This document shows, piece after piece, positions 41,557-55,103 of a stretch of 64,000 nt of DNA. The stretch spans positions 248,001 to 312,000 of the forward strand of contig NW_019029016.1 of assembly GCF_002105155.1 (NCBI RefSeq). Direction: 5' to 3'. The translations under genes were made by a program, and so were the position numbers. Numbering within the stretch: position 1 is the first letter of the stretch; every line of letters starts with the position of its first letter. Origin of the DNA: Lobosporangium transversale. Its lineage: Eukaryota. The notes under the pieces were generated by a model. The model was not told where the DNA came from and made no database searches. It worked only from the letters and a program-made list of their open reading frames with translations.

Positions 41557-42985
41557 GAGTGTACAGATTCTAGTATTTCAGGACTAGTATGACATACTAG
41601 TACTAATACTAGAGTTGAGTACTAAAGTTACAGATTTTAGTATTGCTTCAGTACATACCGATTTTTTTTTGCCATTCTTTGGATGCATGTCACGGGAAAG
41701 GTAGCCGACTATTATACAATCCCCCTTCCACAGCTGCAAAGTATCCAAACTCACCATCCCTCTTCACAAAACCTGTCGTACAGACCATCTGGTCTCTATG
41801 GTTCCTGAGAACGCGGATATGCGTATATGGAGTACTCAGGCACTCTGGGAGCATTGTAGAGATGGATTTCATAAATGCATATTAATATCAATTTCACCCT
41901 CGTCCCGAGCGCTCTTTTTTCTGATGAAGTGATACTAGACGCAGTATGAGTATGTTATACTAAACTTTCGTTAGTTTGGTACGCAGTACGAGTATACCAT
42001 ACTGGGCACTTGATACTAAAGTCAATACGATCTTTTTATATCTATATGGATTCGATAACATACCTCTAGCAAAAAAGGGGCCGGAAAGGTGTTTTGTTTT
42101 TCTTTAGGCAGGAAATAAAAAATGAAAATGGTAAATGGGGCTAGATGCACTAAAAGAGTGGAGGCAAGTAAATGGTGGACATGGTGCATCGTGATGATAT
42201 AGCTTGATATATGGTGTTTGCTGATATTTTTTTGGTGATTGATTTTTTACTAATTAATTTTTACTGATTTTTTCCCACAAACTCATAGGCGGATCAGATC
42301 CAGTTTTCTGCGCTCCATACTAGCAGAAATCAGCCGCCTATTACATACAAAGGAAGGAAAAAATCAGTAGGAAAAAATCAGCAGACACCATATATCAAAC
42401 TATACCATCACGATGCACTATGTTCACCGTTTACTTGCCTCCACTCTTTTAGCGCATCTAGCCCCATTTACCATTTTCATTTTTTATTTCCTGCCTAAAG
42501 AAAAACAAAACACCTTTCCGGCCCCTTTTTTGCTAGAGGTATGTTATCGAATCCATACAGATATAAAAAGATCGTATTGACTTTAGTATCAAGTGCCCAG
42601 TATGGTATACTCGTACTGCGTACCAAACTAACGAAAGTTTAGTATAACATACTCATACTGCGTCTAGTATCACTTCATCAGAAAAAAGAGCGCTCGGGAC
42701 GAGGGCGAAATTGATATTAATATGCATTTATGAGATCCATTTCTACAATACTCCTAGAGTGCCTGAGTACTCCATATACGTACATCCGCGTTCTCAGGAA
42801 CCATGGAGACTAGATGCTCTATATGACAAGTTTTGTGAAGAGGGATGGTGAGTTTGCATCCAAAGAATGGCAAAAAAAATCGGTATGTACTGAAGCAAAT
42901 ACTAAAATCTGCAACTTTAGTACTCAACTCTAGTATTAGTACTGTATGTCGTAATAGTCCTAGAATACTAGAATCTGTACACTCA
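41557..42985. repeat. Inner imperfect foldback (arms ~41557-42240 and ~42385-42985); mirror at 43801-45229
   Basis: The arms are reverse complements with scattered mismatches and one ~60-bp indel. Confidence 0.9.
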
Positions 42986-43501
42986 TAAAAAAAAGAATCA
43001 CCGGTGTAAAGAAACACACCACAGATCGCACAGTATCTACTCGCTCCTTGGTTGCTTCTCGTCTTGAGAGCTTCAAATACATCTTTTCGGATCATTTGGG
43101 GTTGTGATAGCATGTTGTTGCAAGTGGATGGGTATGAATGAATGCGAATGGGTATAAATGAATGTGAAGGGAGGGGAGATATTTTTGAAAGCCTTTCAAT
43201 GTCAAAAGTGATCAGCTTCCAGAAATTTTTTTATTTTTGCATCTTTCTTTCTTCCTGGCTAATCCATCAATCCATTCATTGAATCCAACCTGTTCATCTA
43301 TTGAATCTATTAAATCCATCCATCCATTATTCTGTTGAATCAATATCTATTCACTATCGGCTCCTTTCATCTTACTGTAAAAATCCATATCTCGAATTAT
43401 TCAACATAATTACCAAAGGTAATAATAATGATAATGTGAATCCGTGAGATTACATGTTGTTCCTTGAATGCGTATCCAGGTCATTGTGGGCCTATTTGGC
43501 C

Positions 43502-43793
43502 ATTTAATTGAATGTGCACTCGCTTTTTACCGTTTAATTGATCGCGCGCTCTTTCTCTCTTCCATCATTTTATTGGTCGCGCACTCTCTTTATCATCACG
43601 CACTCTCTTTTTACTATTTAGTCGATTGCACACTCTTTTTTTCCCCTTTAATTGATCACGCACTCTCTCTTTACCATTAAATTGATTGTGCACTCTCTCT
43701 TCACCATAAAAATGATTGCACTCTTTACCATTAAATTGATCGCGTACTCTCTTTCTTTATCATAAATTCATCCTTTAATTGATCGCACTCTCT
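43502..43793. repeat. Degenerate ~30-bp minisatellite in the palindrome spacer
   Basis: About nine units resembling TTAATTGATCGCGCACTCTCTTTTACCA. Confidence 0.8.
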
Positions 43794-46384
43794 TTTTTTA
43801 TGAGTGTACAGATTTTAGTATTTCAGGACTATTACGACATACAGTACTAATACTAGAGTTGAGTACTAAAGTTGCAGATTTTAGTATTTGCTTCAGTACA
43901 TACCGATTTTTTTTGCCATTCTTTGGATGCAAACTCACCATCCCTCTTCACAAAACTTGTCATATAGAGCATCTAGTCTCCATGGTTCCTGAGAACGCGG
44001 ATGTACGTATATGGAGTACTCAGGCACTCTAGGAGTATTGTAGAAATGGATCTCATAAATGCATATTAATATCAATTTCGCCCTCGTCCCGAGCGCTCTT
44101 TTTTCTGATGAAGTGATACTAGACGCAGTATGAGTATGTTATACTAAACTTTCGTTAGTTTGGTACGCAGTACGAGTATACCATACTGGGCACTTGATAC
44201 TAAAGTCAATACGATCTTTTTATATCTGTATGGATTCGATAACATACCTCTAGCAAAAAAGGGGCCGGAAAGGTGTTTTGTTTTTCTTTAGGCAGGAAAT
44301 AAAAAATGAAAATGGTAAATGGGGCTAGATGCGCTAAAAGAGTGGAGGCAAGTAAACGGTGAACATAGTGCATCGTGATGGTATAGTTTGATATATGGTG
44401 TCTGCTGATTTTTTCCTACTGATTTTTTCCTTCCTTTGTATGTAATAGGCGGCTGATTTCTGCTAGTATGGAGCGCAGAAAACTGGATCTGATCCGCCTA
44501 TGAGTTTGTGGGAAAAAATCAGTAAAAATTAATTAGTAAAAAATCAATCACCAAAAAAATATCAGCAAACACCATATATCAAGCTATATCATCACGATGC
44601 ACCATGTCCACCATTTACTTGCCTCCACTCTTTTAGTGCATCTAGCCCCATTTACCATTTTCATTTTTTATTTCCTGCCTAAAGAAAAACAAAACACCTT
44701 TCCGGCCCCTTTTTTGCTAGAGGTATGTTATCGAATCCATATAGATATAAAAAGATCGTATTGACTTTAGTATCAAGTGCCCAGTATGGTATACTCGTAC
44801 TGCGTACCAAACTAACGAAAGTTTAGTATAACATACTCATACTGCGTCTAGTATCACTTCATCAGAAAAAAGAGCGCTCGGGACGAGGGTGAAATTGATA
44901 TTAATATGCATTTATGAAATCCATCTCTACAATGCTCCCAGAGTGCCTGAGTACTCCATATACGCATATCCGCGTTCTCAGGAACCATAGAGACCAGATG
45001 GTCTGTACGACAGGTTTTGTGAAGAGGGATGGTGAGTTTGGATACTTTGCAGCTGTGGAAGGGGGATTGTATAATAGTCGGCTACCTTTCCCGTGACATG
45101 CATCCAAAGAATGGCAAAAAAAAATCGGTATGTACTGAAGCAATACTAAAATCTGTAACTTTAGTACTCAACTCTAGTATTAGTACTAGTATGTCATACT
45201 AGTCCTGAAATACTAGAATCTGTACACTCGCTCAAAAGTACCTCGACAGAGGCTCAAAAGTACCTCGAACAATGGCTCAAAAGTACCTCGAACAATGGCT
45301 CAAAAGTTCTGTCATTAATTTTTTTTTAGAGAACTGGCTGCGATGACTTCAAAGGTGTGAAAAGTAATTGTGTTGAAAAAAAAAAAAAAAAAAAAAAAAA
45401 AAAAGCAAAAACCTCACATCATATTCTTTCCCATGATAGGACTTGGTGACATTTTTTAATGGCGAGGCTTTAGTGTTTCGACCTCTGAAAACCGGAGATT
45501 ATGTTGATGGCACTCAAGTTGTTTGTCCAAGATGTCAAAAAACGGTCCCTCGAAAAAAAGCCAAGAATCATTGCAGAAGATGTGAAGAGATCACAGGAGA
45601 ATTTCAGGAAAGCATTGTTGATGAAGACAATGATGGAGCTCACCAGACAGATGCGATAGTAGGATCACAACGACCCCATTCCGATATTGAAGACACTACA
45701 GACATCTGGACGAGCCTCTGTGGTTCAGTACCAACTAATATGTTGCAGTCAACACTCGTGAACATGAACGCCTCTGTGTATCACATCAATGGGCGTGCAA
45801 TGATCCTCACCCAGAAGCACCGGAGCTCGTGCGATCCATCCTCCCAGAGCCCCACAAGATCTTGAAAGTCGACGATGACCAGGGAAAGGTCAAAGTCAAA
45901 GCAGCAAAATTAGAAAGTCAGTTTCTGGAAACACACGAGCCAGCCACTCCTGAGCACCTCCCTGTAATAGGGGCTGGTGGGGATGAAGGACTAGAGCGTT
46001 TGATGGGCGCAGTAATTGTCGCTGGAGAAAATAGTTTGACAATAACTTGCAGAGCTTTATTCAAGAGACAACTGGACAGATCCCCATGCAGAATCACACG
46101 ATGCTGTTCCATCAAGTGTCCCAACAGAAGAGCTTTTCACTCAATACTCCAACCAGCTAAAAATCGTGAAGATGGATGATATTGGAATAAATAAAAAGTT
46201 GGTGATTGGGCTCCGAGCATTCAACTACCTTGTTACATCTGGAATCAACAACGGCAATGCCAGAGTCGGCACTGGACGGTGCGCACACAGTTTGGAGATC
46301 AATGGCAGGACAAGGCTTTTTATTAAAAAAAAACGACAGAATATCCTATTCTCAAACGAGATTCTCTCCCTTGGCCAATTACGA

Positions 46385-46471
46385 ATTATCACAGCGGGAG
46401 CCGACCTATAATGTGTCACTTCTTTTCTTTATTAATTCGCCGAAAATCCATAGTCACTAAATAAAAATAAA

Positions 46472-46506
<35 letters not shown>

Positions 46507-47030
46507 ACAAAACTATGGTGCCACAAAGATTGATCAGCATCTTCGACTTGAGCTCCGGACCAGGCTAGCTTAGGGAGAGGAGGGTGGGACATTATAGGTC
46601 GGCTCCCTCGGATAATATGCTTTTCTCTTCATATTATTCGAGAACGCTGTGTAATTATCACAGCGGGAGCCGACCTATAATGTGCATCCAGAGTTTTGTC
46701 CCAGGGTGATCTCAGTAAAATTCGTTCTTGTCTGACTAGCCATGCGGTAGAAATATTGGAAAGTTTCCGGAGAAGACCAATTACCATGAGCGATGATGTC
46801 GTCAATCGATACCCCTGCTGTAGCTGCAGCTGTAGAGCCGAGTGCGCGTGGCTTGATACGTCGGGAAGCCTTTTCCACTTCTGGGATCTTAGTTGAGATC
46901 GAGTCCATGTGATTGGAAATGGTTTCTGCTGATACTGCTCGATTCAAATATTTGGAATGTCGGATGAGAGGTTGAATTGTCAGACTGTCATCCTTCGGAT
47001 GTGGTACCTCCAGTGGATGATCTGTTAATC
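46385..47030 (-). mobile_element. Inverted partial copy of the DIRS-B 3' end (YR C-terminus, ICR, ITR)
   Basis: Reverse complement of 39755-40401. Confidence 0.95.
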
Positions 47031-48315
47031 ATGGAGCAATCTGGGGAATTTGTACATCTGCGCGCCATGGAACCTGATCCCTCAGGCCCTCCAGAAGCTG
47101 AGGCTAGAGAAACTACAAGCGACGATCGTAGCTCCGAACTGGCCCAGCGCCCTATGGTATCCAACTCTTCAAGCGATGGCGACTTGTGCCCCCAGAGAGA
47201 TCCCACGCAAGTATGTCCTCCCAGCTCCAGGACAAGATCAAAACGTTCTAGCAAAGAATCCGCACTGGACACTGCAAGCATGGCGCGTAAACGGCGCTAT
47301 TACACAGACCTAGGTTTAGACAGCGAAGCAGCGGAGACTATACTAGATAACCCTCAGACACAGCGACGGCACAAAAAATACGCCCCAGCGCAACAAGTGT
47401 TCATCGATTGGGCCAGGCAAAATGACAGGGATCCATTCACCCCCAATCCGATCCTTTTAGTTAACTATCTCAATCATCAGATGCGCAACCGTCCATGGTC
47501 TCCCGCCACCACTCTGCAGAAACGCTCAGCCATTTTAGCTCTATTTCCAGACAAATCAGCGTTTGACAAGAGCCATGTGTATAAGGACTTCATTACAGCC
47601 ATCAAGGCCAAACACATTCGACCTAGCAACGCATTGAGCATCAATCTCAACCCAGCTCTTGATTATATTCGATCCCTTCCTTCTAACGAGGAAATGTCAT
47701 TCCTTCAGCTCACGAGAAAGCTTTGTTGGCTTCTAGGCGTTTGTGGGTTCCTTCGTCCAGACGACATTCGATGTATAGACCTGACCAAGACTACATGGAC
47801 CACAAGCCAACTCATGCTCTTCATTCCTATTCCCAAAGAGAAACGACTTGGGAACCGCATCGAGAAGACAGTTTGTATTCGTTCCAACAGTGATCCGAAA
47901 CTGTGCCCTGTGAATACATTTGCTGCGTATTTGCAAAGATTAACAGATCATCCACTGGAGGTACCACATCCGAAGGATGACAGTCTGACAATTCAACCTC
48001 TCATCCGACATTCCAAATATTTGAATCGAGCAGTATCAGCAGAAACCATTTCCAATCACATGGACTCGATCTCAACTAAGATCCCAGAAGTGGAAAAGGC
48101 TTCCCGACGTATCAAGCCACGCGCACTCGGCTCTACAGCTGCAGCTACAGCAGGGGTATCGATTGACGACATCATCGCTCATGGTAATTGGTCTTCTCCG
48201 GAAACTTTCCAATATTTCTACCGCATGGCTAGTCAGACAAGAACGAATTTTACTGAGATCACCCTGGGACAAAACTCTGGATGCACATTATAGGTCGGCT
48301 CCCGCTGTGATAATT
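47030..48315 (+). mobile_element. Direct partial copy of DIRS-B (MT tail, complete YR domain, half ICR)
   Basis: Matches 38847-40132 at offset 8183, with one substitution seen. Stops at the ICR junction core. Confidence 0.95.
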
Positions 48316-48955
48316 TTTTATTTCTTTCCCTTCTACGATTTTTGACCTCTCGCAATTCGTGCGGTCGATGGAACTGTTTTTTTTTTTTTTTTTTTTTTTT
48401 TCTGTCAAAACCAACTACTCTCTTTGTGAATAAGGGCCCTGCAATGAAGGAATGAAGGCAACACCTGTTGCAGAGAGGAAAAGTAAAAAAAAAAAGAAAG
48501 AGAGAGAGACGGTAATACCTGTTGCAGAAGGAAACACTTGTGGTAGTGAGAGGAAAAGAAGAAAGAAGGTTTCAGCTTTTGCAAAGAGAGAAAAAAAAAA
48601 AGAGAAGAGGATGGAGGATGTCAGATGCAGAGAGAGAAAAAGAGAGAAGAGGGTGCAGAAAGAGAGAAAAGAGAGAGAAGGGGAACAATGACGAAAAGAA
48701 AAGAAAGAAAAGACCAAAAGCAAATCGTGAGAAAAATAAAATGAATGAATGTGAAGTGGCCCCCCTGAAAATGATCAGCGCGAGATGACGTTGCCCACGA
48801 TACATTTTTTTTTTTTGTGCTAGACATTTGTTGTGTTTCCAACTTATTTAATTTACAAAGAGAGTATTAAAAGAACCCTTCCGATGAAGATTAATAAAAA
48901 AAAAACAAATAAATAAAATAATAAATAAAAAAAATATATAAATAAATAAAAAAAA

Positions 48956-51900
48956 CTAAAGAGGCAATTGATGACGAAGAAATAATGGTGGAAAGAGTGA
49001 ATCAAGCGTATCGGGAATATTCAATACACGAAGATCTTCGAGACTCCGTACTCGGCTCAGTGCAACGTATGCTTGCCCAGAACAAAACATGCTGCTCAAG
49101 TCCACCAGGGCTGCGGGTAGAGTCATTCCTTGTCCTCGATGAACTGTCAAACCGTACGCCAACAACAAAGGGAACTGGCTCCTTGATCTTCCACCCTTGC
49201 TGACCTGACGAACAATCCGCTGAACATTCACCACCCTGTTCTGAGCTCGCTCCAACTGCACCCGGATGCCGTCTCCAATTTCGACCACAACCCCGAACGT
49301 CCCATTGATGATATCTCTTGAAAGATTCGTCGTAATGATGACTCTTGCTCCTTCCCACAAGACTAGGTTAGTCAACAAACCTGTCTCTCTCTCCATCATC
49401 TTTGATCTTTCATCCCCATCTTGGCCTGGTCTGGAGCCAATATCATCCATTGCCCGGAACACTCTGATGTCTTCTTCCCGCACCAATTGCCTCGTCAGAT
49501 TCTCATTGACCGATTGTACTTTGGATACCCTTGCCGATATGAACGTGTGGGGCTTACTCAGTTGGTCATCCACATCCAAATCCAGCTCCCGCGCTCGTAA
49601 TATTTTCATCACAAAATCCAGCTCTTCCTGCGAATTCGGACCTCTTCTAATGATCGAAAGAAAGTGAAAGAAATGATCTTGGTCCGGCCCCTGTTGGCGA
49701 CAAGGGGAAATAAAGTTGATCCTTGTGAATTGCGCAAAGACTGGTGTTTGCCACACCCATTCCTGATGCATGTCTGCATCCCCTCTCCATCCTCTCGACC
49801 CACCCTTCCCTTCCCTGATCCGCACCACTGGCCCGAGCTGTCCAAAATCTCCAAAGCAGACTACAGGGATACCTCCGAAGGGCAGATTAACCACATCTGG
49901 ATCTCTACCTCTGCCAATTGCCTTCAAAGCCAAGTCCATTTGCGACAACATCGTGGCCGACACCATCGATATCTCATCCACAATAATACATGGTTGTCTT
50001 CCTCGAGCCCAAATCTGATGAATGTTCCAGCCAAGGGTAAATAAGTTTGGGATGGAGACCTCCCGATCCGGGAGCTGTGTCACTTCCGCGCCAAAGAACC
50101 GATGGATGGTCATCCCATTCACATTCACAGCAGCCACACCCGAAGGCGCGAGCACCACTGGCTCGTACAACCCAGCCCCTTGAAGTCGGATCACGAGCTT
50201 ACGCAAGAGTGTGGACTTTCCTGTTCCTGCTGGGCCCGACACAAAGTACATTCCAGGGCTCATCATTATCCTCTCCAGCGCCTCTTGCTGCTCCTCATTA
50301 AGCTCTACCCCTTCGTCATCCACCTGCATTTCATCTTCGTTGCCGTTATTTGGGGCCGGTAAAAGTGGCAACACTGTCTCCATGACATGATTCGGAAGAA
50401 CTGCTAACCCAAGTTCAAAGATGGAATTCATTTCAGAAACTTCCAACCATCTGTCGCAATCAATCCTCATTGGCAAGTGCAGCATCATTAAATGAGCGCA
50501 GGTGTCATCCAAATCCACCATCGGTGTCCTTCGATGGCGCACCACACAAAAATGGTCTCCTTCGTATGCCTTGTATTTCCTTGGAGGATTATGCCCATCC
50601 AGATATGTACATTGAGGATCAGGAGCCAGATCATCATATGGAGGTTCCCGTTGTTGCCCTGCCACTCGTCCAAACACCTGCCGGAACTTCTTGTAGAACT
50701 CTGGATAGGTCATAGTCTCAAAAAGGGTCCCTTGTGGACGGTTTAAATACTTTATCCAAGAGTCATCTTCAAAAACCTCCTCATCATCATCGTCTCGAAC
50801 CGCACGGATGACTCCTTTTCGCTCCGATGGCAAATGTGTTGGGAGGTAGCGAACAGCATGGCTTTTACCAGACATGTAGTAGCTTCCTACATCCATCACC
50901 ACCTCTGGCAGGGAAACACGATTGTAATAAAATTCTGCACGCCATTCAAAAATAAAAAAAAAAAAAAAAAAAAAAAGAATGAAAAATAAAAATTAAAATA
51001 AAAAGAACAAAAAAAAAAAAAATAAAATAAAATAAAAATAAAAAAAAGTTCAGTTAAGAATACAACAATTACATTGCACTAACAATAACAAGCTGTACTC
51101 CAAAAGCGCTTACTGTTTCCATCCCGGATCCTGACCATTCCATCATATTCTTGTTCTTGTCCTAACAATTTAACAGGCAATTATTCTTTTATTCTTTTTT
51201 TTTTTTTTTTTTTTTTTTTTTCCTCCTCCGCTTTTTACCTTGCTCTGTGACGACAGATCCCTCGTACGGAGTAGCTGACTCGGTAATGTACTTTGAAATA
51301 TAATTTAAAGCGCGTGCTCCACGGTTCAGCTGAACATCAATGTTTGAACCACAGTACCGAAGGATATTTGCATTGTAATTGTTGATCATCCGGTCCTCTT
51401 CTTCACGTGCGTACAGAAATGTCTCTGTTGTTGGTTCAAACATTGTCCTTGGGCTTACTGGCTTTGGGAAGCCAAACCTGCACCGGACGACACCATCGCT
51501 TCCCTTCCGCATGCAATAAGCTTCTGTATGCTTATGGATCTGACAGGCATGGACAAGGCGGCGAAGGTATTCGCTCTCTGGGGTCGAGGAACAAGTGACG
51601 ACAACGAGATCCTTGTCCTCTCCCGCGCACTGCTCTATCAGTGTCTCGATGCTTCTCCTTGCCCAAAGAACTGCATGTACATGTGGACATCCACGCTCCT
51701 GATACTCCACAACCCAAGCATAGGCTCTTAGCCCTCCCAACACATAGTCCGCCCACTCGCCGTGCACAAACGACCAGACTCTCCTCCACTCCCGCGAATA
51801 TGTCATCACAAATGCCGGTACGTCTTCGATGGCTCCACGATAGTCACGTTCGATTTTGCTGAAGGCTGGGGAAGCCAAGTTGACGGACCATGTAATAAAT

Positions 51901-53029
51901 ACCTCTGGCGTCCCAAACTCTCGAAACATCGCCATCATATCTTGGCGGAGAGAGCTCTTGTATGAGCTCCCCATCCGGATGCTCTGAGGGATGGCAATCG
52001 TCCTCTCCCTGTCTATATGTCTTCCTGCTCGTATTGAATAAACAATAATATAAATATGACGCTGTATTAATATAGAAATACAGAACAATCAATTGAGACG
52101 ATGTTTTTTTTTATTTTTTTTTTCCTTCATACCAGCGTAAACATCCTCACGACTTGTCCTTCGCCCTCCTTGCCTTGTTGAAGTTGTTGTACGGAGGCGG
52201 TAGCCGTACGCGCAATCCTTGGTAATCCAGTCGGCAATAAAGCAGATGAACCTCGCATTTCTGGCAAAATGAGGATCGAAGTGCAACATCCTGTATTTAG
52301 CGTAGGCCTTAATGCTGTAGTGTTCTTCCCCCTGTTCATCTGGCACCCGGAGAGAGACCTTGTAGTGCCATAAGGAAAAGTGGCCGTGTCCATATGGGAA
52401 AAGCTCTGGGAATAGCATGACGAGCAAATCCCTGTTCGAGAACTTTACAGCTTCATTGTCTTCATCTACATTGATCCCGACACGCAGGCCCGTCATCTCC
52501 ACATCCGCTGCCCGAGGCCCAGGATCAGTACGCTGGACTACCGTCACTGGGAACTCCCTGTTTGCATGGGCTCGTACGGCTGGATCCTCCAAAAGTCGAG
52601 CTGTGGCTACTGGTTGAGGTAAACCCGAAGCATTCTGGTACACAGGGTTGTTCCCTTGTAGCCACTCTCGAGCCTCGATAGCCCACTGCAGGTTTGCGGC
52701 TTCCGCCTCTCCGCAGAGTGCAGCGCTCATCATCCCGTCCCAGTTGTATAGACGCCTTGCCGACCGGTAAATCGAGACTTGGCCATTTATCCTTGGGAAG
52801 GTTGCTGCCTTAACCTGTCGTGGCTCAAAAGGAGTGTGGGTCATCACTAAGCACACATATTCCATATCGGACCACCGTAATCGAGCAAGCACCTCAGGTG
52901 TATCCTCATCGCGCACCCACCCCTGTGCAGTGTAATGTAATAAGGGATTCCCCCAAAAGCGATTGATGAACGAAATCTATTTCATTATATTCACAATACA
53001 TTTTGCAAGAAGTATATTATTAATTATTA

Positions 53030-53062
<33 letters not shown>

Positions 53063-53707
53063 CACCAAAAGCTTAAATGATTGATCACACTCACGTACAA
53101 AATTCAAGGCATTGTTGTTTAGCTTTTGGTGCGCCTTGCATGCTGTAATGGCCCCATTCTTGATTGTTGGCTCCTTCCCATACTGCTGGCATGGCCAAGG
53201 GATCTCATTCAGTGGGATGGTGAGATCGGCTGACGGAATGAGCGGCGTTGTTTCCTCTGGAAAGAGGATTCTACAACAGACACAGCAAAAAAACTCTGGA
53301 AGTACCCCTGCTCTTGCGAGGCTATTCTGTAATACTCTTCTCGAAAGCAACGGCCCAGAGTCCATTTCTTCATCTTCGATAAACTCTACCGGCACCTCTT
53401 CTTCTTCTTCTTCTTCTTCTTCTTCTTCTTCTTCTTCTTCCAAAACCTGTTCCTCCTGTTGCTGTTCCAAAGGCCATCCATCATCCTCATCAACCACAGG
53501 GATGTCCATATATTCAGCATCATCACCACCATCTTCTTCTTCCGACTCCCTGTGGCAGATAGAGAGGTCTAAAAGCTCATACTCGTCATTAACGCCTTCT
53601 GAACTCCGCAAAGGGACATCCAATAAATGATCTTCTATCGCAACTGTTCCACCACTGACAGTTGCAGCCTCTCCATGCTCATAATCGCCTGCGTTGGAAA
53701 AGGACAT
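48956..53707 (-). CDS. Multi-exon RepHel: acidic/Cys-rich N-terminus, DUF6570-like region, HUH Rep, Pif1 helicase
   Basis: CCVCCRIL; LFPELFPYGHG; FITWS, VEYQERGCPHVH, CRFGFP, YISKYIT; GPAGTGKS, VDEISMV, FGDFGQL, QFPLLLAYGLTVHRGQG, YVALSRV. Introns contain poly(A) tracts. Confidence 0.88.
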
Positions 53708-53920
53708 TGTGTTTATAAGAGATGAGAGCAAAAAGTAGTTGAATGTAATGTGAAATGAGAGAGGAAAAGAAGCAAAGAAGGCAAAAAGAAAAAAAATTTA
53801 AAAAAAAGACCTCATTTTATTTAAGCTTTTCATTTTATTTATTTTATTTTTTATTTTTTATTTATTTCTTTATGTCTTTATTTTATTTTTTATTTATTTT
53901 ATTTTTTTTATTTTTTTTCT

Positions 53921-55103
53921 TCATTTCCACCTTCGTCCTCGTCTTGATCCCCGTCCTGATCCCCGTACTGGTTCCAATCTAAGTCCAGTGCTTACGCTAC
54001 TACCGATACTCGGTGCCGGCGATAGCTTATCCGTGGCCGCACTCTGTGCAGGGCTTTTCTTCACCCCAACATCTCCCCCCGGATTGCTGAGATGTCTCTT
54101 GCCATGGCCCGAACTTTGGAATCTTCTATCCAAAAGTTTTTCCTCCTCCTCCTCCTCCTCCTCCTCCTCCTCCTCCTCCTCCTCCTCCTCCTCCTCCCTG
54201 CCTCCTCCCTGCCTCCTCCCTGCCTCCTCCCTGCCTCCTCTTCTCCCTCCTTCTTCTCTTCCTCTCCTCCTTGACTTCTTCCTCTTCCTTCTCCTTCTTC
54301 TCAACCTTTCCCATCTTCCTTGTCATGCTTCTCGTGGTTCTCGTGGTTCTCGTTCTTTCTGACTTGGGGATGTTTGGATGCTCTGTAACGATCTTGAATC
54401 GGCTTGGCATGGGGATGGAAATACGACTCTGCGATCGGTTGATGGGCGAGACTGAAGTCGATGGCGACGACAACAACGACAGATTGGGAGGGCTTTGTAG
54501 TAGTGATGGCTGCTTGGATGATACATTGGTGGAGGAGGAGGCGCGAGAAAAGGGAGCGCGAGAGGAGGAGGCACGAGAGGAGGAGGCACGAAAGGAAGAG
54601 GCATGAGAGGAAGAGGCATGAGAAGAAGAGGCATGAGAGGAAGAGGCATGAAAGGAAGAGGTCCCAATCACCGCTGCCACTCTCGCTACCATACCAGCCC
54701 CTACTCCAGCGTCTACCTTGTTCTCGAAGGTCTTCACCGGAACTTCCTGCAGATCCTCATTACGGACCACCGACGTCTCGATCCTAGACATCGTCTCGAC
54801 CACCAACCTGACACTGACAGCAAAGCTGTGGGTACCACTTCTCTGGTACCCGCGAGCTTCGAAGACACCGGCAACCTCGAACCACTGGAAGTTCTCGCCG
54901 CTGCGGTACAGCTGCATGAGATGAGCGTATGCAGGATGGGCCCTCATCTCTTCCAGTGTACCGTTGGGGATGACGATCTTCCCCTTGCATTGCTGCCCAC
55001 GCATGGTGTACGTTGCCGACGCCCACAAATTGTCCTTCTCATCCCTTGCAGGCGAGAACACTTTCACAACCTGAAGGGGCATCTCGAAGCGAGGGAAATC
55101 CAT
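53921..55103 (-). CDS. Accessory ORF upstream of RepHel: beta-rich ~110-aa domain, Ser-rich repeats, acidic/basic tail; frame uncertain in the repeat tract
   Basis: ATG 55103 (MDFPRFE), (HASSS)n 15-bp repeats, (CCT)n tract at 54141-54197, 18-bp TTCATTCC-containing repeats upstream. Confidence 0.55.

Larger units (their letters stand above)
39755..47030. repeat. 7.3-kb palindrome: arms 39755-~42992 and ~43794-47030, unique spacer ~800 bp
   Basis: Mirror ORFs and sequence, with coordinate sum 86785/86786 throughout. Confidence 0.97.

Noticed and set aside
41479..43793. Short repeat arrays as CRISPR-like loci
   Set aside because: The units are tandem or degenerate with no unique spacers, there are no cas genes, and the context is eukaryotic.
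46977..48293. 438-aa YR ORF with a new N-terminus
   Set aside because: The start comes from reading across the rearrangement junction at 47030; the rest is a copy of DIRS-B YR.
48415..48842. ORFs in purine-rich low-complexity DNA, and most short antisense ORFs over gag, pol and YR
   Set aside because: Explained by low complexity or as shadows of real coding frames.
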